From NCBI GenBank assembly GCA_049472355.1, contig JBLIRP010000076.1, forward strand, positions 1 to 17,776: 17,776 nt of DNA, in the 5' to 3' direction. The position numbers and the translations under genes are program-made. This DNA is from a bacterium (GTDB taxonomy: Bacteria; SZUA-182; DTGQ01; JAFGSM01). The notes under the pieces are model-generated. The model saw nothing but the letters and a program-made list of their open reading frames with translations, ran no database searches and was not told the DNA's origin. Shown here one piece after another: positions 16,410-17,776 of this stretch (within the stretch, counting starts at the first letter, position 1; each line of letters begins with the position of its first letter).

Positions 16410-17776
16410 ATGTTTGAGCGTTTCACAGAGAGGGCAAAGCGCACCATCGTACTTGCACGAGAAGAGGCGATACGGGTCAAGAACCCCTATTTGGGCACTG
16501 AACATATCCTGCTCGGTCTCATCCGCAAGGAGGACGGGACCGCTGTTGAGGTCTTGAAGAAGGTGGGACTGGACCTGCGGGAGATCCGTTTCGAGGTGGA
16601 GAGAAGGATCTCGCACCAGTTCCAGAGAAAGATCGAGAACCAGGTGGAGATCCCCTTTACCAACCGGGCCAAAAAGGTCCTGGAACTGGCCATTGAAGAG
16701 GCCAACATGATGGGGCACGACCGCATCGGCACCGGCCATCTCCTCATCGGACTGATCAAGGAAGGAGAGGGGATTGCCTCGCTGGTGTTGGAGGATCTCC
16801 GGGTGGATGTGGGCGAGGTGCGCAGGGAGGTCGTCAACATGGTCCACCTGGGCCAGCAGGAGGTGAAGCCGGACGTAAAAACGGAGACCCTCGACGAATT
16901 CGGCAGGGATATCACCAAGCTCGCCCTGCAGGGAAAGCTCGATCCGGTCATCGGCCGGGAGAACGAGATCGAGCGGCTCATCCAGATACTCAGCCGAAGG
17001 ACCAAGAACAATCCCGTGCTCATCGGCGAGCCGGGGGTGGGCAAGACGGCGATCGTGGAAGGGCTCGCCCAGAGGATCGCCGACCGCTCCATTCCCATCT
17101 TTCTCGCCAGCAAGAGGATCGTGGGCCTCGATTTGGGCCTGCTCGTGGCGGGCACCAAATACCGGGGGCAATTCGAGGAACGGATGAAGGCGATCATGCA
17201 GGAGATCATGGAGGCGAAAAACGTCGTCCTGTTTATTGACGAGCTTCATACCCTCATCGGCGCGGGCGCCGCGGAGGGCTCCATCGATGCCTCCAACATG
17301 CTCAAGCCCGCACTCTCCCGCGGCGAGATCCAGGTGATCGGGGCGACCACGCTGCGCGAGTACAAGAAGCACATAGAAAAGGACGGCGCCCTGGAGCGGC
17401 GCTTTCAGACGCTCATGGTGGCCCCTCCCACCCTGGAGGAGACCATCCAGATCATCAGGGGGTTGCGGTGCAGATACGAGGCGCACCACCATGTCGTGTT
17501 CAACGAAGAGTCAATCGTTCAGGCGGCCAGGCTTTCCGACCGGTATATCACCGACCGCTACCTGCCCGACAAGGCGATCGATGTCCTCGATGAGGCGGGA
17601 TCGCGGGCCAGGCTGAAGAATGCTGAATTCCCCCCGGTGCTCAAGGACCTCCAAAAGGATCTCATGAAGGTCAGGGAGTCCAAGGACGAGGCCATAAAGT
17701 CCCAGGAATACGAAAAGGCCGCGCAACTCAGGGACAAGGAGCGGAAGCTCCGGATGGAGCTGGAGGAGAAGAACCG
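16410..17776 (+). CDS. clpC: ATP-dependent Clp protease ATP-binding subunit, ClpC-type; truncated by the window end
   Basis: Not in the ORF track (no stop in the window). Reads [20 protein letters not shown]...GTEHILLGL, two Clp_N repeats, [54 protein letters not shown] and the UVR-like [13 protein letters not shown]. Confidence 0.95.
   Translation, partial: MFERFTERAKRTIVLAREEAIRVKNPYLGTEHILLGLIRKEDGTAVEVLKKVGLDLREIRFEVERRISHQFQRKIENQVEIPFTNRAKKVLELAIEEANMMGHDRIGTGHLLIGLIKEGEGIASLVLEDLRVDVGEVRREVVNMVHLGQQEVKPDVKTETLDEFGRDITKLALQGKLDPVIGRENEIERLIQILSRRTKNNPVLIGEPGVGKTAIVEGLAQRIADRSIPIFLASKRIVGLDLGLLVAGTKYRGQFEERMKAIMQEIMEAKNVVLFIDELHTLIGAGAAEGSIDASNMLKPALSRGEIQVIGATTLREYKKHIEKDGALERRFQTLMVAPPTLEETIQIIRGLRCRYEAHHHVVFNEESIVQAARLSDRYITDRYLPDKAIDVLDEAGSRARLKNAEFPPVLKDLQKDLMKVRESKDEAIKSQEYEKAAQLRDKERKLRMELEEKN

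Noticed and set aside
6322..17726. Long antisense ORFs (6322-7044, 7747-8730, 9411-10118, 12860-13918, 16392-17492 and others)
   Set aside because: These are antisense shadows of well-supported GC-rich genes and have no recognisable motifs.

Overview
Bacterial chromosomal window, mostly GC-rich. The gene order resembles a diderm such as Desulfobacterota, Nitrospirota or a related candidate phylum (inference). The right two-thirds is a housekeeping and envelope run: REC regulator, ihfA-like, yidD-like, pgsA, lnt, prfB with the canonical +1 frameshift, lysS, lolC/E, lolD and the start of clpC. An AT-richer, oppositely oriented two-gene insert sits between prfB and lysS; it encodes an ABC/AAA_21-type ATPase and a TOPRIM-like DUF4276-type protein, and is a candidate PARIS-like defence module. 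Just upstream of lysS, behind a good sigma70 promoter, is a strongly structured ~200-nt non-coding segment that I cannot assign to a known RNA family. The left third is accessory. It holds a secreted HExxH metalloprotease missed by the ORF track, and a surface-protein gene (IPT, LVIVD and MopE-type Cys/Asp repeats) broken by one in-frame TAA. It also holds an AbrB-like/RelE-like toxin-antitoxin pair lying between two diverged ~500-bp direct repeats. All family names come from motif recognition by eye, not from database searches.
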